Origin: Thermoplasmata archaeon
GTDB lineage: Archaea; Thermoplasmatota; Thermoplasmata; UBA10834
Length of the DNA: 64,000 bases
Assembly (NCBI GenBank): GCA_025457815.1
Contig: JALOTQ010000001.1
Coordinates: 17-64,016 of the forward strand
Direction: 5' to 3'
Below, piece after piece: positions 1-8,128 of this stretch. The notes beneath the pieces were generated by a model. The model worked only from the letters and a program-made list of their open reading frames with translations. It searched no databases and had not been told where the DNA came from. Numbering within the stretch: position 1 is the first letter of the stretch; every line of letters starts with the position of its first letter. A program made the position numbers and the translations under genes.

Positions 1-327
1 GTCACGGCCGTCTCTGAGCGCGAGGCGCAGTTCGAGTTCAGGTTCACGGTCAGCTACATGGGCGTGGGAATGATCAAGATCGAGGGCCGGCTTGCCTGGG
101 ACGGCGACGCCAAGACGCTGTCCACTCAATGGGGCCAGACGAACCAGCTTCCCAACGAGGTCTTCGGGCCTGTGCTCACCGCGATCTATGCCAACTGCAT
201 GCCCGCCGCGATAATCTCCGCGAGGGACCTTGCGCTCCCTCCGCCGTTACCGCCGCCTCAGTTCCAGGGGCAGCCCCAGCAGAAACCGAGCAGCAAGGAC
301 AAGGGCAGGTCAATGGAAGTAGCGTGA
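1..327 (+). CDS. Hypothetical protein, 5'-truncated by the window edge (C-terminal 108 aa visible; Pro/Gln-rich tail)
   Basis: Frame 1 is open from position 1 with no stop until 325-327; the ORF track shows only the ATG-started part 58..327. Converges on the minus-strand gene ending at 348. No recognisable family. Confidence 0.35.
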   Translation, partial: VTAVSEREAQFEFRFTVSYMGVGMIKIEGRLAWDGDAKTLSTQWGQTNQLPNEVFGPVLTAIYANCMPAAIISARDLALPPPLPPPQFQGQPQQKPSSKDKGRSMEVA

Positions 328-347
328 GCGGTTCGATCCTTCCGCGC

Positions 348-2798
348 TCACCTTATGTGGTCCAGCGAGAACGAGCCGATCGTGACTGAGGCTTTGGACG
401 CGGAGTATCTGATGAACGCTCGGGACTGCACGTCGCAGATGCCCTTCACTGACAGGAAAGTGTTCAGGTTCTCCACCTTGAACTCGATCATGCCATCCAT
501 CAGCGAGCCTATCATCTGTATCTCCTGCTCGCCATGGACGCCCTTCTCGATGGTGTACATCGCGACGGCGCGGTCTCTCTTCCTCCTGCCGACGACCGGG
601 CTTAGGAACCTGAAGGCCGTCCCTGGGTCGAGGTAGGCAATCAGTGTGGAGATCGATCTGAACGCGACCCTGTAGTACTCGTGCTTGTCCTTGAAAGTCT
701 TCGATGCGCTCTCGACCGCCTTCTGTATGGACTCGTAGTCCGTTGGAGCTTCGATGTAGTCGGTGTACGGGTCCTGCGTTTCGTCGCCCATGCTCCTCGA
801 ATATGCGTCGATGTACCGGACGAGGCCCAGCTTCTCATACTCCTCGTAGCCCGAGACAACGAATCCCATCTCCTCGCGTATCTCCTTCGGGGTCTTCTCC
901 GTCAGGATCCACATCGCTGGAATCCCTTTCTTCAGCCCCTCGGCGATGAACACGCTCATCAGGACCTCCTTCCCGGTGAACGGCGGGCCATAGACGAGGA
1001 CGTTTGAGCCGAAGGGTATGCCTCCGAGGAGCAGGTCGTCGAGCCTGGTTGTGCCCGTCTTGATCTTCTCCTGCTTGAACTCCAGCATACGGTCCTGCTC
1101 GCGTTTCTCGATCTCCTCGGAGATGACGCCCTGTTCCCTCATCCGGAGCTCTTCCTCTTTCGACGCGAGGTACTTCTCCTTGTTCCTGATCTCCTCTTCC
1201 TTGGCGTTCACCTCGGCCTTCAGCTCCTCGAGGCGTTTCTTGAGAGTGAGTTCGTCCTGGGAACCGAGTTCGGCCTTGGTCTGGGAAACCTTCTTGAGCT
1301 CCTCTTGGAGGAGCTTCTCGCGGAACATGAGGTCCTCTTCGCGCCTGAGCATCTCCTCCTCCTTGTAGCGCATCGGCTCCCTGACCTTCTGCAGCTCCTC
1401 TTCGCGTATCTTGAGGTCCTCCCTCAGCCTCTGGGCCTCCTGTTCCCTCACCGCCAACGTCCGCTCGAGCCTCTGGGCATCCTCGACCTTTCGCAGCAAC
1501 TCCTTGTCGATGCCCTTGCCCGTTCCGCCGGATATCTTCAGCATCTCGTCCTTCTGCTTGATCGTGACCTCGGCCTCGGCCATCCTCGCCTCGAGTCCCT
1601 GGATCTTCGCCACCAGCTCGAGCTCCTTCTGCTCGTACTCGGCCAGCCTCTGGGTCGACACCGAATCAGCCCTCGGCTCTGCCAGCGTGACCGTTCCGGC
1701 CAGGGCACCCTGGCTCAAAGCCTCCTCCTTCGAGAGGAGCTGTCTCTGCATGGCGTCGAGCTCGGCCTGCCTTTCGACAAGCGACAGCTCTAGCCGCTTC
1801 AGCTCCTGGGCCTCTGGCGGCAGTTCCTGGACCCCACTCTCGAGCTTCTCCTTGAGCATCGAGCTGGACTGTTCGAGCTGCATGATCCTGAGCTCCAGCC
1901 GCTCCCTCTGGGCCATCTCAGACGCGAGGGTGTCCGCGAGCGCCTTCTGGTCGGTCTCCGAGCCCTGCTGGTTCTTGATGAACTTGATGACCGCTATGCT
2001 CCCCCGCTTGACGTTATCCAGCTCCTCCTCGAGCTGCTTGGTCCTTAGGCGTTCAGACTCGAGAATGCCTTTGGTCCTGGCGAGCTCTTCGACCACCGCC
2101 TGTGGGTCGAACTCGCCCGATTCGAAAATCCTCAGCTTCTCCCTCAGGGTCTCCCTGAGCTGTATCAGCTCGGCCTCTCTGGCGAGCAGCTCGTTCGGAC
2201 CGATCGGGTGCGCGGGCGTCGGCTCCGCAGTCCTGGTCTCCTCGAGCCAGACGTTCACGTCTTCCTCCTCCCCGGCAAGCCATCTTGCCAGAGAGTCGTC
2301 CCTGGGGGCTTCCTTGTTGGCCACGGTCGCCTCTGGCTGCGGCCTCTCGTCGCCGGATAGCCACTGGTCCAGGTCGTCCTGTTCGCCTGACAGCCAGCCG
2401 GCCAGCGAGGTATCCTGCGGCTTCCCGAGACTTCTCGCGCCCTCGATTATCTTGGCCGCGAGCCTCTCGCCGATGCCCTTGACTGAAGAGAGCTCCTCGA
2501 CGCTCGCCTTCTGGACATCCTCCACAGACCTGTAGCCGGCCTCGTGGAGCGTCTCAGCCTTCGCTTCGCCCACGCCGGGGATCTGCCTGAGCACCTCGAG
2601 CCCGGAGTCGCCTTTGTCCTGACCGTTGCCCGTTTCCTCAGAGCCGTCAGACTTGAGGCTGCTGTAGCAGTGGTCGCACTTCGCCGAGCCAACAGGCGAG
2701 ATGGTGCCACAGATGGGGCAGGTTACTCCGTCCTCCGGAGGTTTGCTATCGTCTGGCATCTGCTCTCCTAGATCGAACCTGATGGGTTGGGGGAACAC
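348..2798 (-). CDS. Large multidomain protein: N-terminal zinc ribbon (CPICG...CDHC), helix-hairpin-helix motif (IPGVGEAKAE...VKGIGERLAAKI), ~480-aa coiled coil rich in E/K/L/R, and a C-terminal KaiC/RecA-like ATPase domain
   Basis: 816-aa ORF. The C-terminal 250 aa resemble KaiC/RAD55-type (COG0467) ATPases, but the Walker A reads GPPFTGKE, i.e. Glu in place of Ser/Thr. The HhH and CxxC..CxxC motifs are read directly. An alternative start MPDDSKPP lies at 2759. Confidence 0.6.
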   Translation of the reverse strand: MFPQPIRFDLGEQMPDDSKPPEDGVTCPICGTISPVGSAKCDHCYSSLKSDGSEETGNGQDKGDSGLEVLRQIPGVGEAKAETLHEAGYRSVEDVQKASVEELSSVKGIGERLAAKIIEGARSLGKPQDTSLAGWLSGEQDDLDQWLSGDERPQPEATVANKEAPRDDSLARWLAGEEEDVNVWLEETRTAEPTPAHPIGPNELLAREAELIQLRETLREKLRIFESGEFDPQAVVEELARTKGILESERLRTKQLEEELDNVKRGSIAVIKFIKNQQGSETDQKALADTLASEMAQRERLELRIMQLEQSSSMLKEKLESGVQELPPEAQELKRLELSLVERQAELDAMQRQLLSKEEALSQGALAGTVTLAEPRADSVSTQRLAEYEQKELELVAKIQGLEARMAEAEVTIKQKDEMLKISGGTGKGIDKELLRKVEDAQRLERTLAVREQEAQRLREDLKIREEELQKVREPMRYKEEEMLRREEDLMFREKLLQEELKKVSQTKAELGSQDELTLKKRLEELKAEVNAKEEEIRNKEKYLASKEEELRMREQGVISEEIEKREQDRMLEFKQEKIKTGTTRLDDLLLGGIPFGSNVLVYGPPFTGKEVLMSVFIAEGLKKGIPAMWILTEKTPKEIREEMGFVVSGYEEYEKLGLVRYIDAYSRSMGDETQDPYTDYIEAPTDYESIQKAVESASKTFKDKHEYYRVAFRSISTLIAYLDPGTAFRFLSPVVGRRKRDRAVAMYTIEKGVHGEQEIQMIGSLMDGMIEFKVENLNTFLSVKGICDVQSRAFIRYSASKASVTIGSFSLDHIR

Positions 2799-3073
2799 GG
2801 GACCGGCATAAGCCGATTTTGATGGAACCGCATCTTACACTCGTTTTGTCCCGTCCTGATTCTAAATACCTGGATTGAAATATATATAGTTACCCGACTG
2901 GGAATCGGGTCTGGATATGAGATTCACGGACTGGCTTGTAAGCCCACGCTGAGCCCCCTCCGGGAGGCGGAGGCCGGGCCGAACCTCGCGGCCCCCCGCA
3001 ACCTTCCACGCGTAAGGCGGATGGAAGCCAAAATCAACAACTACCTTGTTGGGCATTCTCTACTGTCACATTC

Positions 3074-5530
3074 ATGGCCGAGGAGATGGAGAAGAAGAGG
3101 AAGGCAGACGAGAAGGACGAGCGGGTCGGTGTTTACGTTTGTCACTGCGGGACGAACATAGCATCGACGGTCGACTGCAAGGCGGTCTCAGAGTACGCTC
3201 AAGGGCTGAAGGGCGTCGTAGTCAGCAGAGACAACGTGTATACCTGCTCGGACCCCGGCCAGAACCAGATCGCGGACGACATCAAGAAGTACAACCTAAC
3301 GAAGGTCGTGGTGGCTTCCTGCTCTCCGAAGATGCACGAGAAGACCTTCAGGAAGACCTTGGAGGACGCGGGTCTCAACCCCTACTCCCTCGAGATGGTG
3401 AACATCAGGGAGCAGTGCTCATGGGTTCACAAAGACAAGGTCGAGGCCACCAAGAAGGCGAGGGATCTCGTCAGGGGCGGAGTCCAGAGGGCCGCTCGCC
3501 TGGAAGCGCTCTTCCCAAACGAGATCGGGATGTCCAAGGACATCCTGGTGGTCGGGGGCGGCATAGCCGGCATATCCGCATCCCTGCAACTGGCTAACTC
3601 AGGCTACAAGGTGTACCTCGTCGAGAGAGGCCCCAGCATCGGCGGCCGGATGGCCCAGCTCAGCAAGACCTTCCCGACGCTCGACTGCGCTCCATGCATA
3701 CTCAGCCCCCGCATGGTCGACGTCGGGTCCAATCCGAACATAGCGCTGTTCACGAGCTCGGAAGTCGTTGAGTTCTCAGGATTCCCGGGCAATTACAAGG
3801 TGAAGGTCAGGACCAAGGCGCGAGGAGTGGACCCCAAGAAGTGCATCGGGTGCGCGAAGTGCGAGAGGGTGTGCCCGGCGAAGACCCCGAACGAGTTCGA
3901 GGAGTGTCTCTACGAGCGGAAGGCGATCTACAAGCCGTTCCCGCAGGCGGTCCCTGCGTCCTACATACTGGATTTCGAGAAGTGCAAGAAGTGCGGCGCG
4001 TGCGTCAAGGTCTGCTCCGCCCACGCCATAGACATGGAGGACAAGGAGAAGTTCCAGGAGTTCGAGGTCGGCGCGGTGATCATGGCAACCGGGTTCGACC
4101 CGTTCGACGTGAAGAAGCTGAAGGAGTACGACACATCCCTCCCAGACGTGATCACTGGCACTCAGATGGAGCGCCTGATGATCAACGAATGCGGCGCGGG
4201 CATGGTGCTGAAGCGCAAGGCTGATGGGAACCGGGTCAAGAAGGTCGCGTACGTGCTCTGCGCCGGCTCCCGGACCAGGAAGGTCGGGGTGCCTTACTGC
4301 AGCAAGATATGCTGCAACTATGCTATCAAGCAGTCAGTCATCCTTCGCAAGACCTTCCCCTACATGCAGGTCTACATCTACTACATCGACATCAGGGCCG
4401 CCGGCCGCGGGTTCGAGGAGTTCTACGTCCGCGCTCAGGAGGAGTACGGAATCAAGTTCATCCACGGCAAGGTCGCGGAGATAAACAAGGGCACGACGGG
4501 CATCTCCGTCAGAGCCGAGGATGTTACGCTCGGGGAGATCATAGAGAACGAGTTCGACATGGTGGTCCTGTGCACCGCGATGCTCCCGTCGAAGGGGACC
4601 GACGAGCTCGCGAAGCTTCTGAAGGTGCCGCTCGGCGAGGACGGGTTCGTGTCGGAGAAGCACCCGAAGCTCGATCCCGTCTCGACGCACAGGTCAGGCT
4701 TGTTCGCCGCGGGCGTGGTCCTTGGTCCGAAGGACGTCCGGGATAGCGTCGTCGACGGGAGGAGCACCGCTGCCCATGCGATAGAGTTCCTGGGCACAGG
4801 GAAGATGCTCGTCGATCCCGTGAAGGCGTATGTCGCCGACGGGACCAAGTGCACCAAGTGGAAGGCCTGCGAGGCCATATGCCCGGTCAGGGCCATTACT
4901 GTCGATGAGTTCCCGCGGATCGACTCCATCGCGTGCATAGGGTGTGGGGCGTGCGTGTCGGAGTGTCCTGAGCGGGTCTTCGACCTCGCGCACTATACCG
5001 ACTCCCAAATCGAGGCCGAGATGGACGGGATACTTGCCGAGCAATCCCCCGATGTCAGGATCCTCGGCCTGTTCGGCGATGTCCTGGCGTATGTGGCTGC
5101 AGACAGCGCTGGCACGGCGCGGTTGGAGTATCCGACCTCAGTAAGGATCATGCGTGTGCCTTCGGCTGCGAGGATCGCGAGGCGGGAGATACTCCGCGCG
5201 TTCGCCCTTGGCGCCGACGGGGTGCTGCTCTCCGATGAGGAGGGCGGCGAGGTCGCGCACATTGTCGAGGAGCGGCTGAAGGCTCTCGGGCCGGAGCTCG
5301 ACTCGCTCGGCATAGGGAAGGACCGCGTGACCTTCGTCCCGATGCTCCTGCCAGTGTACAAGGTTCTGCCCAAGTACGTCGATACCTTCGACAAGAAGGT
5401 GAAGCAGCTCGGCAAACTCTCCTCAGAGGCAAGGGCGAAAGCTCTGGAGGCCTCCAGGAAGCCCTACTCTCCCGTGTTCGGCCCGAAAGGGACCGCATCC
5501 GGAGGCGAGCCCTCGCACGCAGGTCATTGA
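3074..5530 (+). CDS. hdrA: Heterodisulfide reductase subunit A (FAD and FeS flavoprotein) fused to a C-terminal MvhD-like domain
   Basis: 818 aa. HdrA hallmarks are the VCHCGTNI cysteine cluster, a GGGIAGI FAD-binding motif and two CxxCxxC...CP ferredoxin motifs. The C-terminal ~140 aa (ILGLFGDVLAYVAADSAG...) match the MvhD/FlpD [2Fe-2S] domain. No hdrB/hdrC neighbours are present. Confidence 0.85.
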   Translation: MAEEMEKKRKADEKDERVGVYVCHCGTNIASTVDCKAVSEYAQGLKGVVVSRDNVYTCSDPGQNQIADDIKKYNLTKVVVASCSPKMHEKTFRKTLEDAGLNPYSLEMVNIREQCSWVHKDKVEATKKARDLVRGGVQRAARLEALFPNEIGMSKDILVVGGGIAGISASLQLANSGYKVYLVERGPSIGGRMAQLSKTFPTLDCAPCILSPRMVDVGSNPNIALFTSSEVVEFSGFPGNYKVKVRTKARGVDPKKCIGCAKCERVCPAKTPNEFEECLYERKAIYKPFPQAVPASYILDFEKCKKCGACVKVCSAHAIDMEDKEKFQEFEVGAVIMATGFDPFDVKKLKEYDTSLPDVITGTQMERLMINECGAGMVLKRKADGNRVKKVAYVLCAGSRTRKVGVPYCSKICCNYAIKQSVILRKTFPYMQVYIYYIDIRAAGRGFEEFYVRAQEEYGIKFIHGKVAEINKGTTGISVRAEDVTLGEIIENEFDMVVLCTAMLPSKGTDELAKLLKVPLGEDGFVSEKHPKLDPVSTHRSGLFAAGVVLGPKDVRDSVVDGRSTAAHAIEFLGTGKMLVDPVKAYVADGTKCTKWKACEAICPVRAITVDEFPRIDSIACIGCGACVSECPERVFDLAHYTDSQIEAEMDGILAEQSPDVRILGLFGDVLAYVAADSAGTARLEYPTSVRIMRVPSAARIARREILRAFALGADGVLLSDEEGGEVAHIVEERLKALGPELDSLGIGKDRVTFVPMLLPVYKVLPKYVDTFDKKVKQLGKLSSEARAKALEASRKPYSPVFGPKGTASGGEPSHAGH

Positions 5531-5638
5531 CGCGCCTGCTCGCGTGCTGTAGTGGAAACCGCCTTTGGTAAACGTATTTATATTCAGACCTTCAATAAGA
5601 ATTGGTATTCCAGGTCTGGCACCTGCGAGTGATCTGAG

Positions 5639-5806
5639 ATGGAGAAACGTGTGCTCGTCAAGATTAACAGGGACAAGACGGAGTTGTCTCTCCACGAGGT
5701 ACTCGACAAGATCAAGGAGCTGCAGGAGAAGAACCCGGACATGGACGTCTTCTTTGACGGGGACCAGTACGCGATCTGCGGAAGGGTGAGGAAGGCTCCG
5801 GAGTAG
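5639..5806 (+). CDS. Small hypothetical protein (55 aa), absent from the ORF track because <60 aa
   Basis: ATG at 5639 to TAG at 5804-5806 gives MEKRVLVKINRDKTELSLHEVLDKIKELQEKNPDMDVFFDGDQYAICGRVRKAPE. A TATA-like TATTTATAT lies at ~5572-5580. It sits in an otherwise unexplained 300-nt gap. Confidence 0.35.
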   Translation: MEKRVLVKINRDKTELSLHEVLDKIKELQEKNPDMDVFFDGDQYAICGRVRKAPE

Positions 5807-5826
5807 GAAGAGTTCTTAGAGCAGGC

Positions 5827-6381
5827 ATGTACATTGCCGGAGCGAAAGCAATGCCGGGCCGAGCCACCATAGGACTCTACAACTCATACGATCCGATCAA
5901 GTTCCACGAGTCGCACAGACGAGCCTTGGCAAGGGCCGGCCCGTTGGCGCTCGCGTTCGACTGCAACTTGACCACGTTCGGCTTCCCATACGACAAGGAC
6001 CTCAGCACGCCGATCGAAATCGCCCAGTGGGTTTCCACAACGACGAGCATCGGCGAGAGCGGGGCGTATCTCGTCGAGCTGTCCCAGAAGGGCAGGTTCT
6101 CGTGCTTCGATTTCCCCAAGAAGGGCTTTCCACCACAGCTGGGCGAGGTCGTGATAACGACGAGGAAACCCTCACGCGATAAGAGCGTCAGTTCCCAGGA
6201 GGTGCGCTCCACGCTCAAATCCGGCAGATCCGTTCTTCTCGTCTTCGGCCTGGGCCCGCGCGGCCTTCCCAAGGAAGTCTTCGACATGTGCGACAAGCAT
6301 CTCGACATCACCGGCAGAGGGCTCTCGCTTGAGACATGCACTGCGCTGGGCACCGTGATAGGCTCGCTCCTGGGCAAGTGA
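5827..6381 (+). CDS. Putative SPOUT-class RNA methyltransferase-like protein
   Basis: The C-terminal VLLVFGLGPRGLPKEVFDMCDKHLDITGRGLSLETCTALGTVIGSL resembles the SPOUT SAM-binding knot region (vfvlG.e..Glp.ev......LSL...laa). The N-terminal half is unrecognised. An alternative start MPGRATIG lies at 5851. Confidence 0.4.
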   Translation: MYIAGAKAMPGRATIGLYNSYDPIKFHESHRRALARAGPLALAFDCNLTTFGFPYDKDLSTPIEIAQWVSTTTSIGESGAYLVELSQKGRFSCFDFPKKGFPPQLGEVVITTRKPSRDKSVSSQEVRSTLKSGRSVLLVFGLGPRGLPKEVFDMCDKHLDITGRGLSLETCTALGTVIGSLLGK

Positions 6382-6384
6382 CTC

Positions 6385-7407
6385 TCAGTACTTCGAGTAC
6401 TTCAGCCCCATATCCGGGACCGCTATCGAATCAGACTTCAATGCCTGGCCCACAATCTTCGCGCCCTTTCCCGCGGCCTTCACCGCAGCATCCGCATGCC
6501 TGTCAGGGACGACCATGCAGAAGCCCATGCCCATGTTGAAGATCTGATACATCTCCTGGTCAGAGACTCTACCGAGGTCCTGCAGAACGCCGAAGACGGC
6601 CTGAGGCCTCATCGGGGACTCGATCTCGAATCCAATCCCCCTTTTGAGCCGAATCAGGTTCCTCAATCCTCCCCCGGTGATGTTCGCCATGCCCCGGACG
6701 TCGAACTTCGCCGTGAGGCCCAGCACCTTCCTGACGTATATCTCGGTCGGCTCGAGCAGTTCAAGGCCGATCGGCCGGTTGAGCCCCTTCACCCTGTCCC
6801 TGTACCCCAGCCCGTTCTTCTCCACAATCTTCCTTGCCAGAGTCAGGCCGTTCGAGTGTATGCCCGAGCTGGGCAATCCGATCAGAGCGTCGCCTGCCTT
6901 GATCCTATCGCCAGTGATGATGCTTTTCTTCTTGACCATTCCAAGGCATGTTCCCGCCAGGTCGAACCCCTTCACCAGCTCCGGGAGGACAGCGATCTCG
7001 CCTCCGACGATGGTCATGTTGGACATGGCCGCCCCGGCCTCGAGCCCCTTCCCCACCTGTGATGTGACCTTCTCGTCCGGCCTGTCTATCGCGATGTAAT
7101 CGACGAATGCAATCGGTTCCGAGCCTACGCAGATGGTGTCGTTCACGTTCATCGCGATGCAGTCGATGCCGACGGTGTCCCATTTCTTGAGCGCGTCGGC
7201 GACGAGGAGCTTCGTGCCAACCCCGTCAGTGCATAGTGTGAGGGCGTAGTCCCCGAAGTCTATCAGGCCAGTGAAATGGCCCGGCAGATCGATGGGCTTC
7301 CCGAACCCTTTCCTCTGATACTTCAGATGCCCCACGAGCGCGGCGATGCTGCTAGATTTCTTGTCAATGTCGACTCCGGCCTTCGCATAGGTCATGCCCT
7401 TTGGCAA
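6385..7407 (-). CDS. purM: Phosphoribosylformylglycinamidine cyclo-ligase (AIR synthetase)
   Basis: 340 aa with typical PurM N- and C-domains (GVDIDKK..., LCTDGVGTKLL, GGEIA, NITGGG). Overlaps the ORF-track start of the divergent rlmE by 7 nt, which argues that the rlmE start is over-called. Confidence 0.85.
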   Translation of the reverse strand: MPKGMTYAKAGVDIDKKSSSIAALVGHLKYQRKGFGKPIDLPGHFTGLIDFGDYALTLCTDGVGTKLLVADALKKWDTVGIDCIAMNVNDTICVGSEPIAFVDYIAIDRPDEKVTSQVGKGLEAGAAMSNMTIVGGEIAVLPELVKGFDLAGTCLGMVKKKSIITGDRIKAGDALIGLPSSGIHSNGLTLARKIVEKNGLGYRDRVKGLNRPIGLELLEPTEIYVRKVLGLTAKFDVRGMANITGGGLRNLIRLKRGIGFEIESPMRPQAVFGVLQDLGRVSDQEMYQIFNMGMGFCMVVPDRHADAAVKAAGKGAKIVGQALKSDSIAVPDMGLKYSKY

Positions 7408-8114
7408 GGTACTCCCCCGCTCTGCGGTCAGGCGATTGCGTCCGCCGCCTAAACCTTTTGCGTCGCCGCGCAGGAAACAATATCTCAGAGTACGGGATTC
7501 AGACGTCCGTGACGAAGCAGTGGAGAAGCAACCGCAAGAGGGACAAGTACTACCGCAAGGCCAAGCGGGAGCACTACAGGAGTCGTGCGGTCTACAAGCT
7601 GAAGCAGCTGGACTACAAGTACGACATCATCAGGCAGGGCGACGTCATCGTCGACCTGGGGGCATCGCCTGGCGGATGGTCACAGGTGGCACTCGAGCTC
7701 GGCGGGCCGGAGTCCAGGATATTCGCAGTCGACCTCGACCGGATGGCGCCGATCGAGGGGGTCACGTTCATCAGAGGGGACATTAGGGACCAGGACATCG
7801 TCGACAGGCTCCGTGAGATGGTCCCAGACGGCGTCGACGCGGTCATCTCGGACATGTCCCCCGACATCAGCGGGAACTACTCCTACGATCACGCCCGCTC
7901 GATCGAGCTCTGCGAACACGCCCTGCGATTCGGGGACAAGGTGCTCAAGGAAGGCGGCAACTTCCTCTGCAAGATGTTCTACGGCGACATGAGCGGCGGT
8001 TTCGTCAGAAAGGTGAAGCCATTGTTCAGCGAAGTGCACTTGGACCATCCGAAGGCCTCCCGGGCGAGCAGCTCTGAGGTCTATGTGGTCGCGCTCGAGT
8101 ACCGTCTTGGCTGA
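7401..8114 (+). CDS. rlmE: 23S rRNA (uridine-2'-O)-methyltransferase RlmE/FtsJ
   Basis: YYRKAKREHYRSRAVYKL, DLGASPGGWSQV and a D-K-D-E catalytic layout are typical of FtsJ. The ORF-track ATG at 7401 overlaps divergent purM. The true start is probably the in-frame GTG at 7509 (MTKQWRSNRKRDKYYRKAK...). Confidence 0.8.
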   Translation: MARYSPALRSGDCVRRLNLLRRRAGNNISEYGIQTSVTKQWRSNRKRDKYYRKAKREHYRSRAVYKLKQLDYKYDIIRQGDVIVDLGASPGGWSQVALELGGPESRIFAVDLDRMAPIEGVTFIRGDIRDQDIVDRLREMVPDGVDAVISDMSPDISGNYSYDHARSIELCEHALRFGDKVLKEGGNFLCKMFYGDMSGGFVRKVKPLFSEVHLDHPKASRASSSEVYVVALEYRLG

Positions 8115-8128
8115 GTCTAGACTCAGAA

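Noticed and set aside
1411-2535. 374-aa plus-strand ORF (Ser/Leu-rich) and several others (704..949, 1018..1368, 1305..1793) antisense to the 816-aa coiled-coil gene
   Set aside because: Low-complexity composition with no motifs. Lies entirely within a minus-strand gene that has recognisable Zn-ribbon, HhH and KaiC-like domains. Typical high-GC antisense open frames.
2862-3056. 64-aa minus-strand ORF in the hdrA upstream region, plus C/D-box-like UGAUGG...CUGA elements at ~2826-2866
   Set aside because: The ORF has no start context or conservation cue and lies in a promoter region. The putative C box is imperfect (UGAUGG rather than RUGAUGA) and no terminal stem or D' / C' boxes are present.
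5512-5560. Short GC hairpin (ACGCG-cctgct-CGCGT) after the hdrA stop as a possible terminator
   Set aside because: Only a 5-bp stem and no downstream T-tract. Archaeal terminators are usually oligo-T runs. Too weak to call.
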